From Antedon mediterranea (taxonomy: Eukaryota; Animalia; Echinodermata), in assembly GCF_964355755.1 (NCBI RefSeq), contig NC_092674.1:8184001-8248000 (forward strand): 64,000 bases of DNA. Reading direction: 5' to 3'. The translations under genes and the position numbers were made by a program. Below, one piece after another: positions 1-11,760 of the stretch. Below the pieces are notes generated by a model. The model saw only the letters and a list, made by a program, of their open reading frames with translations, was not told the origin of the DNA and did not search any database. How positions within the stretch are numbered: position 1 is the first letter of the stretch; each line of letters starts with the position of its first letter.

Positions 1-127
1 TAAAAGCTAATCAATAAATGCATTGATAAATATATTTGTGAGTTCATATTATATCTAAAAACTGCAATACTGTATAAATAAACAATTTTGTTTTATGCAT
101 GTAATTATTATTAATATAATTTCATAC

Positions 128-235
128 CTCCACTTCGTCCTGTTCTGGTGGATGGTGGTACTTATTATTTTTAAACCAGCGTACTCTTAAGCCAGCCATC
201 TTGAAAGCAGCCACCGCGGTAGCAGCACACTCGTC
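128..235 (-). CDS. dlg1: Candidate dlg1 exon (DECAATAVAAFK-MAGLRVRWFKNNKYHHPPEQDEVE), either internal exon 4 or an alternative first exon starting at ATG 199
   Basis: 108-nt open frame, phase 0-0, compatible with the phase-0 end of exon 3. Acceptor catctag| has a weak pyrimidine tract; donor GAG|gtatga. The in-frame ATG is in good context (aagATGG). KY...QDE loosely recalls the KYRYQDED motif that precedes PDZ1 in vertebrate DLGs. Confidence 0.6.
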
Positions 236-959
236 CTAGATGATATTATTTATTGATTCTATGACAGTTCCTCTCAACAATAGAAATATCATCACACTTT
301 TACTCAGTACAACTTCGCTAAAAGGGATATGCTCAGTCACCTGTCAGCATTATTGAATCAGATGGTATCAGAATGACTGTGTAGTGCCGGCCAAGCTTCC
401 GATATGAACAACGTATAACAATAATAATCACTCGTGTATGCAGGCTTGCTCGCCAATGATAATTAAGCAATGGTTATTATTGTGGCAGTATAACAATGGA
501 ATCAATTGCGTTTGATGATGTCGAAGTCTGATCAAGACACTAATTAGTCAAAGTGGAAAGGATTTTAATCAAAGGAAGAGGCTTAATTTAATCTCTTGGA
601 TAATTTTATAAATTGGTTAAAATCTTCTATTTTTATAATATTATAATTGTTTATTTTTATCGTTAAATTATAATAAATGTGAAATTAATTAGCCATCAGA
701 TTAATTTATAAATTTATACAATAATAATAGTATTTGTGGATAGTGTACTGTAGGCTATTCATCTTCAAAATATGCTCATATTTAATAGGTTATTTTCTGT
801 TACTGTATATCCTTGGGTATAATCCAACTTCAGGTTTAATCCCGCCTCTTCCCCCTCCCCCTTATTTTATGTTTAACAAAAAGCAAGCCTCTTGGTCTGG
901 ATGTAGCCATCTCTCTAGCCAATTCAGATGAGTTTTTACAAAAAAATGCATTTTTTATC

Positions 960-1200
960 CTGAACCAGGGTTTCCCCGGGTATAGTCAGTCCAACCTCAC
1001 AAAGTCGGCCCAATTTTGTGTTCTAGGTGGATGGGATTATACCAGAGGGTATACAAGTCAAATTGCAAATTGCACCCAGTTTTGAGGATTAAAAGATGGG
1101 GACAGACAGGTTTGCATACAATGTGGTCATCAACATTAGTCATTGCTGTGTGGACAAAGTCTACATACAGTGTCCACTCAGGTGGAGCATGTACAATCAA
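960..1200 (-). mobile_element. Highly decayed RTE-like LINE fragment (ORF C-terminal region)
   Basis: Frame-shifted pieces (HTAMTNV..DHI, LYANL, DLYTLWYNPIHLEHKIG) resemble the RTE C-terminal pattern LRxxxNxxWxxHxxNxxLYxxL...LLWxPxHGxRxxGRP. Recognised by eye only. Confidence 0.35.
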
Positions 1201-1555
1201 TTGCTTTATAAATAATTCTGAATTATTCATAAAGATCTATTAAATCAAAATACATCCAGAATCTGAATATTTATAAATACAGTATAGTAGCAAAAAAATC
1301 ATAAGAATAATCAATATATAATATAAAATTTGTTTTCGTTTTAACTGATTCTTTAAAAAAATTGATAATGTATTTTTTATTTCATCTTGATCCATCTGAA
1401 AAAATAATTTAATTAAATTTAGAACAAATCTTTGGAATGTGATTTTTTATTTATGTCATTCATTTTTGGGTATTTCTAAACCCCGCAAAACAAAAAAAAA
1501 ACATAGCACACCCAATCGAACCAACAAAAATGTTACTGAATTGTGTGTAGTGTAC

Positions 1556-1874
1556 TAGTATACAAATAATGAATGTTTATGAGTGCAATGGTACAAATAA
1601 TGGCACGAGGTGAATGATGAAAGGTTATATCAACGAGGCAAAGCCGAGTTGATATAACCTTTCATCATTCACCAAGTGCCATTATTTGTACCATTACACG
1701 AATACAAAACATTCATTATTTGTTTTATATAACATCTAGACGTTTTTTTTTCGTACACAAAAATGTTTCAAAAAGTACTATTTAACGATCGTTGAATAGT
1801 GCGTACTATTGCACGCCATGTGACCCACATTCGTCCAATCAAATGACAGGAATTTATATAGGTGTTATATAATA
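1556..1874 (+). mobile_element. Non-autonomous element with an ~80-bp-arm terminal hairpin (Crypton-like architecture), internally deleted copy
   Basis: 1562-1723 is a near-perfect palindrome centred on caacgaggcaaagccgagttg. The whole segment matches both ends of 18238-19158 in reverse orientation. No TSD seen. The family name is inference. Confidence 0.8.
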
Positions 1875-3035
1875 CTACTTATACACACTATGTCATTGTC
1901 AATTTGTAAAATTTAAATTTTCTTTTACTGTTTTGGTTTAAAATAATTGCCAAACCCCGCCTTTTAGCCTTTTTTCTACAACTTTTAGGTTGTTTTTTTT
2001 TTAATATGTCATGCTCTTTCACGAAGACTTATCGTGTAAAATTTGCGTTGAAGTAATAACAATTTATATGATTACTGTAATCCTATGAAATAGCCTATAA
2101 ACCAGTACTTCGCCCAATAACAATGATTCTACAGATGATGATAATGATGATGCTGCAATCACTTAGGGATCACCTCGATTTTTAGAATGATTGTATTCAG
2201 GGATCACCTTAAATGTGTCAGTAAAAATTGAATGAAATTTTCTATGAATTTATTTACAATGAAACTCATACTGTGGGTACCGTAATAAATTGTAATAAAT
2301 CAAGTTTAAATTGTATTGTCAGTATTTAATATTTAAACTTATGTATTGTTTATATTGATTTTCCAAATAAATTTAAATCAAATCAAATGCAAATCATATT
2401 TTCACATACACCACAAATAGCTACAATACATCCTTGAATATTGATTGCACTGTAAATCTAAAATGAGAAACAAGCATTGCACTAATAACAGTCATATTCA
2501 TTAAAATGAATTGCTTTTTAAAAATTCACTCTCCGCAGGCTAGTAATCAATATTACACTCATCAATGTTCTACATTGTGTTCTAAATATTGGACATATCG
2601 GCAGTAATGAATGAAACATGAATTTTGTAGACGGTTCCCAGAGGGAGCCCTTCAATCATCCGATACCCGAGAACCCAACTGAACATAAAATCGATAACAT
2701 ATATTGAACACGATTAACATTAATTCATGAGAATTTCGGTGATTCTTGGCTTAGCATGTTTTTCTAAACATTTTTCATTAACTCCAACTCCATTCCCTGC
2801 AATGTTTGGCACCCTACATGAAATGAAAATGGTAACTAAAACTCTGACCTTCAAATAAGTATAAATGTAAATGTCACTGTAAAATGAATAATTTTAGTGC
2901 AAGAATATTAAAAAGGTCAAATCTATTTAAAAAAATAAAATACTTCAAATGTGGTAAAAGTTTGGCAGTATACAGAAGAAACAAAATATAAAATGACATT
3001 CAGCTGTCGATAATAGCACTAATATAAATATTCTT

Positions 3036-3096
3036 GACCACCTGACTGACCACCACCAATTGACCACAACGAACTGACCACCACCAACTGACCACC
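3036..3096 (+). repeat. Short 14-bp tandem repeat (CTGACCACCACCAA), about 4 degenerate units
   Basis: Directly visible. Confidence 0.7.
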
Positions 3097-3979
3097 CTTT
3101 TTATAAAGAATACGCTTTTCTCTCAATCTATTATAATAAACAATATACAGTAACTTGCCTCTCATGGAGACAACACCTGGATCATTTATTATATAAAAAT
3201 TAAAATATTAAATAAATTTATTTTTGCAAAATTTTTCATTGTAAAATAATTAACTATTTTTTCATTACTTTAAATATTTCGTACCATTTTTTTTACATAT
3301 TTATGTATTTTAAACTCTAAAAAGTTTCTGATTTATTTTTATATGAATTTGACCAATAAATTTGAATTTTAATGTAATATGTTTTAAAAAAGCAAGGTAA
3401 TTCAATTCAAACCATAATAATAATTAATATAAAAATATCGTAAATTTGTTCATATTATTTGTTGACCGTTTCTTTTTATGCCAATAAAAACGGTTGTGAA
3501 TTGCGGTCTACACAGTAACTGATTTTTCAAAAATATTAATAAAATTTAAATCTTTTTAGGAAATTATAAAAATCCACGTTATAATCTCCTAGGTAACCAA
3601 TATTCTTATTTGGAAAATTAAAATGTTACATAAAATCTTGAGTGGATACTTAAATTGTTAAATAATAATAACTGCCAATAAAATTCAAATCAACTAAAAT
3701 AGAGTCATATCATTATGGCTGAAGCAGTAACTATGGTAACACATGATTCATACAATTTTATATGAAACTTGTAAGTTATCATGAGAAAGTGTTAATAATT
3801 ATTGAACTTTCACTATTTTTCATATATTAAATTATTATTATTATTAAATATTAAATTTTATTAATAATAATTAAATTTGAATATCATATTATTGATGCTA
3901 CACTTATTTAATAATGTTACAGTGGTGTTGGTACTTGGTAGGCAAGTGACTTACAGTATCTAGATAATGAGTACCTAAA

Positions 3980-4280
3980 GCGAGTAAGTGGCCGAGCGGT
4001 TAAGACAGTGGAACCGTAATTACGTAGCCACAACATCAGCAAGGGTTCGAGGCTCACTTGCTCCATAGTTCTGGTGGTAGAACGAGTCTTCTCGGAAAAG
4101 GACTATAAACCGTAGGTACTGTGTATATACTGTATAGCTTATGTGCACTTTAAAGAACCTAGCAGTAGCACATCTTTCAAGATGAGTAGGGGGTTACCCT
4201 AGTGTTTAGTACAGTACTAATAAATGGTCCCTCTGGGAGACCAGTCTGCAACTGAAGAGGTCACCCAGTATAAATAAATA
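3980..4280 (+). mobile_element. tRNA-derived SINE with a Deu/Nin-type central domain and LINE-like tail
   Basis: A box TGGCCGAGCGG and B box GGTTCGAGGC. The centre (aaggactataaaccgtaggt...gcactttaaagaacc...gagtagggggttacc) resembles the Deu domain. Ends in tataaataaata. Confidence 0.75.
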
Positions 4281-4796
4281 CTAACAAACAATCCAACAAT
4301 GGTATATTCTCCATAAAGAGATAACTGGAATAGCACAGTACACAGACCACGAAAGAAATAGTTTGTAAATGATTACCGTATATTTCGGTGTATAAGTCGC
4401 ACCTGTGTATAAGACGCACCCCCAACTGAGAGTAAAATATCGGTATTTTTTATATCGTCGATGTATAAGACGCACCTTATATTTCACCAAAACATCATTT
4501 TTTAAAATTTTAATCAATATTATTGTAATAATATATTTTGTTATATCTACAACGGCGTCCTTTATTTAGGTTTTTTCTTACCTAGGCTCGGCCGCGCCCA
4601 GCCTCAATAAGTTCTTTCTAACTTGTTATTCATGAGTTTCGCCGCAACATCGAGTGCATGACCGTGTGTGTAACACGCACGTGTGTGGGCTAGCCTCGCT
4701 CGATCATTTCGAGAGGGCGCACGTTTTCACGGACAATCGTATTCGATTAGTATCTATGTATCCGAGAAGTGTGTACGCTAGGTCCATGCTATAATC

Positions 4797-6485
4797 GGTT
4801 CTAGGACACCTACCCCCTAGACAGTTACCCCCGGATGTTTACCACCCGGACAACTACCCCCTTAGGACAACTACCCCCTTAGGACAACTACCCCCCGGAC
4901 AACTACCCCCCGGACAACTACCCCCTTAGGACAACTACCCCCTTAGGATAACAACCCCCCGGACAACTACCCCCCGGACAACCACCCCCTTAGGACAACT
5001 ACCCCCTTAGGATAACTACCCCCCGGTCAACTACCCCCCGGTAAACTACCCCCCCCCCCAATCCAAAAGTAGACAAAAATATAGGACGGTTTCTGTAAAA
5101 ATGAAATCATCTGTTTTTAACGGGTGTTTCGAAACTAGAGACCCGAGACCAGAGACCTGACACGAGACCCAATACGAAAAGGGAGACCTATATTTGGGTC
5201 TCCCTTTTCGTATATTAGGGTCTCCCTTTTCGTATAGTGTGGTCTCTCTTTTCGTATAGTGGGGTCTCCCTTTTCTTATAGTGAGTCTCCCTTTTCGTAT
5301 ATTTAGATTTCCCATTTCGTATATTTTGGTCTCCCTTTTCGTATATTTGGTCTCCCTTTTCGTATATTTAGGTCTCCCTTTTCGTATATTAGGGTCTCCC
5401 TTTTCGTATAGTGGGGTCTCCCTTTTCGTATAGTGGGGTCTCCCTTTTCGTACGTGGGTCTCCCTTTTCGTATATTTAGGTCTCCCTTTTCGTATTGGGT
5501 CTCGGGTCTCTGGTCTCTGGTCTCGGGTCTCTAGTTTCGAAACACCCGTTTTTAACCGATTATTCTGTTTAACAGCACGCTAGACCCTAGATGTGCTAGA
5601 TTTAAAGTACCGTATTTATTGAAAAAAGGGCCTGGGCTGTTTATTGTTTAGGTGGTTTTTAGGTGGACATTTATTGGAAGAAAGTTGTTTATTCAATGGG
5701 AGGGGGTATAATCTAATGGAAATAGATGCCGATTATTCCATATGATGTTTCATAGGAGTGACATGGTCACCGTTTATTTGAGGGGAATTTATTTAAAGAT
5801 CGACGTTTATTCGGTGAGTGAACATTGAGGTCAAATATCAAAAGTGATATTATTCTTCAAGTGTACAAAAATACATATATGACAAATTTGAGACAAAAAT
5901 TAATTCTTTTAAGACCAGTGGTTATCGAAGCATTGTCCTGACGCAAAAATTATTATTATTATTAGCGAACCCAGTCTTTACAGTAAATACATGGAGTACT
6001 ATATAATACGTTCGACTATCCTATGATCATGTGTGACAATCTTCAGTTTATACCACCAGGCTATATTTATGTTCAATCTTTTACTTTTGTTTACAATAAT
6101 GAATAGTAATTCGTCAAAGTAACGAATTAAAATATAGTTATTAATTAATAGTTGCAGAGTCAGGTTGTTGAATGGTCTGGGTGGTTAGGGTGTTCTAAAG
6201 GGATAGTTTTCTGGGTGGTAATTGTCCGGGGGGTAATTGTCCGGGGGGTAATTGTCCGGGGGTTAATTGTTCCTAGGGGGTAATTGTCCGGGGGGTAGTT
6301 GTCCAGGGGGTAGTTGTCCTAAGGGGGTTGTTGTCCTAAGGGGGTAGTTGTCCGGAGGGTATTTGTCCGGGGGGTAGTTGTCCTAAAGGGGTAGTTGTCC
6401 TAAGGGGGTAGTGGTCCAGGTGGTGGTTGTCCGGGGGGGTAGTTGTCCGGGGGGTAAATGTCCAGGGGGTGAATATCCGGATACG
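4797..6485. mobile_element. Foldback/Mutator-like element with long inverted arms built from 15-16-bp subrepeats (GGACAACTACCCCCC)
   Basis: 9-bp TSD gctataatc (4788-4796 and 6486-6494). A C-rich array (~4805-5058) is mirrored by a G-rich array (~6180-6480). The empty site is visible in the sibling copy at ~7736-7744. Confidence 0.9.
5122..5547. mobile_element. Mutator-like MITE with an internal ~23-bp tandem array (GGGTCTCCCTTTTCGTATATTT)
   Basis: Perfect TIR GGGTGTTTCGAAACTAGAGACCCGAGACCAGAGACC and 9-bp TSD gtttttaac (5113-5121 and 5548-5556). Confidence 0.92.
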
Positions 6486-7323
6486 GCTATAATCACCTGG
6501 AGAATATACTAGTCGAATACCGTACACCATGTGGCCACCAAAAGAAGGGCTTGCGCTTGGGGTACGGCGATCGTGCGTATAACTACTGTATAAATAAATA
6601 CTATTCCAATCGTACATAAACGTTTACAAATGAAATTTTATCGGAGCGCCATAATGAACAAATCTTTTCATCATATTTAGTATAACATCATGCTAAAATT
6701 ACTTGAAAACTAGGCAGAAGCAGGTTGCCGTTACGTTAGTTAGTTACTGTAGCTAGGCCTAGCCTACTCAGGCCTAGCAAACGAGGTGACGATAGCCTAG
6801 GCCTATGTACAATCTGTGTGGTGAGGCATTTATGTTCGGTGTATAAGACGCACCCTTAATTTAGAGGTCAAATTTGCGTGTCAAAAGTGCGACTTATACA
6901 CCGAAATATACGGTAAAACAAAAATGTATTAACAATTACAATCATAATTTTAAAATAAAAATCAAATTACAATTACGTAGTATCTCCTAATAAAAATCAT
7001 TAAACCTTTCAAATAAAAATGTGTGATTATTGTTCTAAAAATAATCAAAGTCAAAACTCATTATCTTTTTGATGTTAATGTGAAAATTATCCAGCTTATG
7101 TGTAGGTGTTAAATTTGTATTCTGTTTAATCATTTATGAGGCAAAAAAAAATTGTTTGTTTGCTATTAACTGTCACCGAAACGGACAGCCATAAAAAACT
7201 GATTAATTATCTAGTTAAGGATGTCTGTGAAAGTTTTTTAACAATTAAACTGTAGTGTATCACATTGACTCTAATCACTCTGCAGGTATTTTTAACAATT
7301 TTCAATTACTTTATTATTAAATA

Positions 7324-8173
7324 CCGTATATTTCGGTGTATAAGTCGCACCTGTGTATAAGACGCACCCCCTAACTGAGAGTAAAATATCGGTATTTTTT
7401 ATATCGTCGATGTATAAGACGCACTTTATATTTCATCAAAACAATGTTTTTTTTAAATTGTAATCAATATTATTGTAATAATATTTTGTTATATCTACAA
7501 CGGAGTCCTTTATTTAGGGTTTTTCTTACCTAGGCTCGGCCGCGCCCAGCCTCAATAAGTTCTTTCTAACTTGTTATTCATGAGTTTTGCCGCAACATCG
7601 AGTGCATGACCGTGTGTGTAACACGCACGTGTGTGGGCTAGCCTCGCTCAATTATTTCGAGAGGGTGCACGTTTTCATGGACAATCGTATTCGATTAGTA
7701 TCTATGTATCCGAGAAGTGTATACGCTAGGTCCATGGTATAATCAACTGGAGAATATACTAGTCGAATACCATAGACTATGTGGCCGCCAAGAAGGGCTT
7801 GCGCTGGGGGTATGGCGGTCGGCGATTGTGCGTATAACTATAAATAAATACTAGGCCTAGTAGGCTAGGCCTATTCCAATCGTAAATGTTTACAAATGAA
7901 ATTTTATCGGAGCGCCTAAAACAGCTCCATAATGAACAAATCTTTTCATCATATTTAGTATAACATCACGCTAAAATGCCTTGAAAACTAGGCAGAAGCA
8001 GGTTGCCGTTACGTTAGTACACTGTAGCTAGCCTAGGCCTAGCCAACGAGGTGACGATATGTAAGCTACAATCTGTGTGGTGTGAGGCATAATGTTCGGT
8101 GTATAAGACGCACCCTTAACTTTGAGGTCAAATTTGCGTGTCAAAAGTGCGACTTATACACCGAAATATACGG
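7324..8173. mobile_element. Tc2/pogo-type non-autonomous transposon, copy 2 (850 bp, uninterrupted)
   Basis: Same TIR and TA flanks as 4376-6913, same orientation, about 410 bp away. Confidence 0.93.
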
Positions 8174-8479
8174 TAACCAAATAATAATAGTAACAGGAAA
8201 GTCCACTAGACACCATCGGGACCTAACAAAATGTCCCCTTAATGGAAGTTGGTCTTAGTGTTAAAACATCCCATTCCCTTCCTTCAATTCACAATGAGAA
8301 TCTGATTTTCCAAAGTAGGTTTTACTGTATAAAAATAATACCTAGTTAGCTATTATGGAGAAAACTTATGAATAAGATAAAATGAAATTAACCCGTTTTT
8401 TTTTTATCTATTTTTTTAATCAGTTTCTACAGTATAGTGTTGATATGAATAATGATGAATATCCATTCCTGAAAAATCC

Positions 8480-8940
8480 ATTCCCTCACACACCTCTCCC
8501 CTTATTTCTCCAACATAATTTAAAACCTTGTTTGGCAAACGCTCATTAATATTCATGACCATCGACCCATAGACGTCAGGATGGATGGTCAACGTTGCAT
8601 TCTGTACCCTGAAGCAAAATTGTGAATTCACTCTTACCGACAACTTTCATTAACTAAGTGCCAATATCTATGGATATTCCATGCATTAATTTTAAAGTAT
8701 TTTTGTCATCATCATCAGCAAGCTTGACTTCATCTTGTCTTTCTTGCATAGGCTCTTCATACAAGATTTATATTGTACTGTGAAATTCATACTAAAGCCT
8801 TGATCAAACTGAATTTAATTTGGTCAAATTAACTCACCACCAGTTATATTGACCAAGAAATGTCCAGTCCGAACACTGGCTGCAATTTCTTAAAGTTGCC
8901 TTCAACCAAATTCATCCACGACGCGTTTCTTGTACACATG
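8480..8940 (-). mobile_element. Decayed RTE-like LINE fragment
   Basis: Frame-shifted remnants NFKKLQPV, YKSC, EVKL..LKLMHGIS, RLWVDGH and ERLPNKVL..KGRG occur in the order of the RTE C-terminal motifs (RRLRWxGHV..RLPKxVL..RxRGRP). Explains track ORF 8416..8643. Confidence 0.55.
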
Positions 8941-9087
8941 GAATCTTTATTATGATTTAGGTTGTTTTAGGCATTTTATTTCCTTTTTTATATATTTACA
9001 TTTTGTTTTTGTTCTGTTCATGTAATAATAATTTAATAATAATTTATTTGGAAGATAAGCTTTTGAAAAAGTGGCACACCTCTTTAA

Positions 9088-10678
9088 AGTGGAGCTACAC
9101 TCAGACTTTCTCAGCTTATATTATGTTTAAGTATGTTTAATTGAAAGTGATTACATAAAAAAAAACAGGAAAAATACGGAAATATTTTCCAAAAACTCAT
9201 TTCTAAAAAATCGGTCAGAAAATAGTGTTTTTTAACAAATTACAGTTTTTCAGTAACTTAGGGGTTATTAGTTTACAATACGTCGCGAAACGCGTTACAC
9301 TTAGCGACTGACGCGTTTTAGTCGCCGGTTCAACGCATTGATGAAATGTCTCCCCTTTGGTAAATTATGTGTCGAAAAATAGGGAATAAATTTTATACAC
9401 ACAATTAATACGATTTGTTTAGGCCAAAGTAATATTTCCGATAAGAATGTCAGTATAATTTACATGTAACCTCATGATTTTCACTAGTACAACAACAGCA
9501 TAATAATCTTATCAGATTGCTTTTAACTTTAAGCTAGGGCTAGGCCTAGCTAAGCCGTCTGCTCAGCCAAGCTAGCCTTGAATTTTTGTCTAGAGGCCTA
9601 TGTATTCGTAGGCATGGTCGTTTCGCCCCATTTATCGTTCCTGGGTTTTCTCGCACATTAAGAATTGTGAAACACAAAATCTGATACAGAACCAGAGTAG
9701 TAAAGCGATGTGCAAGCTTAGACCTGACTGAAAATCAACTATTCAGGCACCCTATCATGGCCCATGGGTAGGCCAAGGTCGGGTGCCAGCAAAACAAACT
9801 TCACTGCTGTCAGCCTAGCCTAGCTATAGGCCAAGCAGCAACGGTACATACCTACACTCTAGTAGTAGTAGACCTAGGCCTAGCTTTATTATTATTATTA
9901 TTATTTATTGCCAAAAACCAGTTACAAACAAACAAAACACAGAAACTGAGGGAGTAGGCAGGAACCTAAAAGTGAACCTAATCACTATAACAAGAGTTCA
10001 GGTTCCGTACTCCCAAAGTAACAACAATGATATAAAATAAACTATATAAAAATATTTAAAAAACAAATAGACGAATCAACAGTGTCAATATAAAATATTG
10101 AATATATAGCCACGTCTTTCTCAAATCTCGTTAAATTTGACATTTTAGTAATATCCTCATAATCACATTATTACACTGTGAAACATAATAGGGTCATATT
10201 ATTCAGAATGTTTTAATATACTTTTCGCCCGTCAAAAATAACATCGCGACAAAATAACAGATCGCCAGCTGCAGTAATGTGATTGTGAAAAATGTCACGT
10301 GATCGTACTCCCTAGCAAAATAAAAAACCCAATTGGACCCGAACGGGGGAAAGTGTCTATTTACGCAAAATTGCGCAATGTATACGTGATAAAAATACCA
10401 GAAATAGAAAGATCTGGAAAAATTACATAAATATACATTTTACATTTTTTTTTTGGTGAAGAAATGAATTTTTTAGGATTATTCAAATATACCCCCCTTT
10501 TGCATGTAAAAGAATAGGAAATTACAAGGTATCCCCCCAAAACGCAAAAAGGAGTGATTTTCAAGAAAATCGTACTCATTGAAAAAAATTTCGAAAAAAT
10601 ATGAAGTATAAGGGATGATATTTTTAAATAATAGTTGAAATGTATGAGAAATAGTAATTTTCTGGGTGGAGCTCCACT
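9088..10678. mobile_element. Kolobok-like non-autonomous DNA transposon (1.6 kb)
   Basis: TTAA on both flanks (9084-9087 and 10679-10682). TIR AGTGGAGCT(A/C)CAC(T/C)CAGA with purine-purine ends. CpG-retaining interior. Confidence 0.85.
9886..10160 (-). mobile_element. 5'-truncated CR1/L2-type LINE 3' end nested in the Kolobok-like element
   Basis: Minus strand encodes EDITKMSNLTRFEKDV, typical of the ORF2 C-terminus after WNxLP, followed by a 3' UTR and an (AAT)n tail. Related 3' UTRs lie at ~52100-52215 and ~27215-27350 on the + strand. Confidence 0.65.
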
Positions 10679-11592
10679 TTAATGAAGGTGCGTCCAGAGT
10701 AAATAAAATAAAAGTTAGAGAAAAAAATGATTGAACAATAGGCCTATTTACAGTAAACATGTATGTATGTGTTTTGTATGTGTTCTTGTTATATATTATG
10801 ACAATACTGTAGTGTACATACTGTACAGTGAAAAGTCACTAAATGAATTAAATAAACCCTGAAAAATTAATTTCACAGACCACTAAATGTTTTCTCCACA
10901 CAACATTTTAAATGATTTCCAATGGTGTGTAAAATAGAATATTTCAATAAATGTTATATTATATTAAACCAATTAATGAAATTAGCACCTTTAACTACAC
11001 ACAATTTCCTATCATTATAATGAGAAAATTTTCTACTCCTCTCATTGAAATAGAACATATAGAGGGCGGCAGACAGATGATTTTGGTTATTACAACTTCT
11101 GTCAGTGTCATACAATTATACTTAGTATGAATATCATCAATAATCTCAGATTTTTTTTATAAATTTCCTTACCGTACACTTCTACCAGGTAATATTTCAT
11201 TTTTCTTTATCTGCAATTATCCTTGAAGGCTGGATCTTTATAACATAGTTAAAGCTTCTCTCATAGAAATTCATAATTAATCGGACAGCTTTGGGACTAT
11301 AATAAATCATGTTTCTCCTTGTTCATCTAATGGAAGTGTCCCTCTTTAAAAGAATGTACTGAATGTACCCTAAATAATGGTTGGCCATAATGTTAAAAAC
11401 ATATGTCACCTCGTTCATTTCATGGGAATGTGTCCTCTTAAAATAAGGGGCGTAGGCGCGGTTCTACACTACCTGGTAGTCAGGAAGTATTTTGTGTTGC
11501 ATTAGCAAGTTTCCAAGAATGATGCTTTAATATGTGTTATCTTTGTTGGGAGCTACCCAAGACTTCTTCATTTACCAATGAACAATATCTAA

Positions 11593-11728
11593 AGCTCTGT
11601 CTACACTATCAAACTTGATGTGAAAAAAAAAAATGTGATGTGCCCATATATGGACATGATGATGTCATATCACTACCATATTTGGGCACATAACGCTTTT
11701 TTTGTCAAACTAGTTTGATAGTGTAGAC
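11593..11728. mobile_element. PIF/Harbinger-type MITE family A (TIR AGCTCTGTCTACACTATCAAAC), copy next to the exon 3 donor
   Basis: Left TIR intact after TAA; right TIR truncated. Other copies at 14590-14807, 15493-15556, 19978-20124, 28190-28347, 36003-36153, 41547-41688 and 55117-55251. Confidence 0.85.
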
Positions 11729-11760
11729 TATTAAACAAATTACTTCACAAGACAACTTAC

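Larger units (their letters stand above)
4376..6913. mobile_element. Tc2/pogo-type (Tc1-mariner superfamily) non-autonomous transposon, copy 1, interrupted by nested insertions
   Basis: Perfect TIR CCGTATATTTCGGTGTATAAGTCGCAC at both ends, TA on both flanks. Colinear with 7324-8173 once 4797-6485 is removed. Confidence 0.92.

Noticed and set aside
3980-4060. tRNA gene (also 17070-17140 and 56809-56880)
   Set aside because: A and B boxes are present but there is no proper cloverleaf. The first two continue into SINE bodies.
5046-6617. ORFs 5046..5315 and 6336..6617
   Set aside because: They arise from transposon subrepeat arrays.
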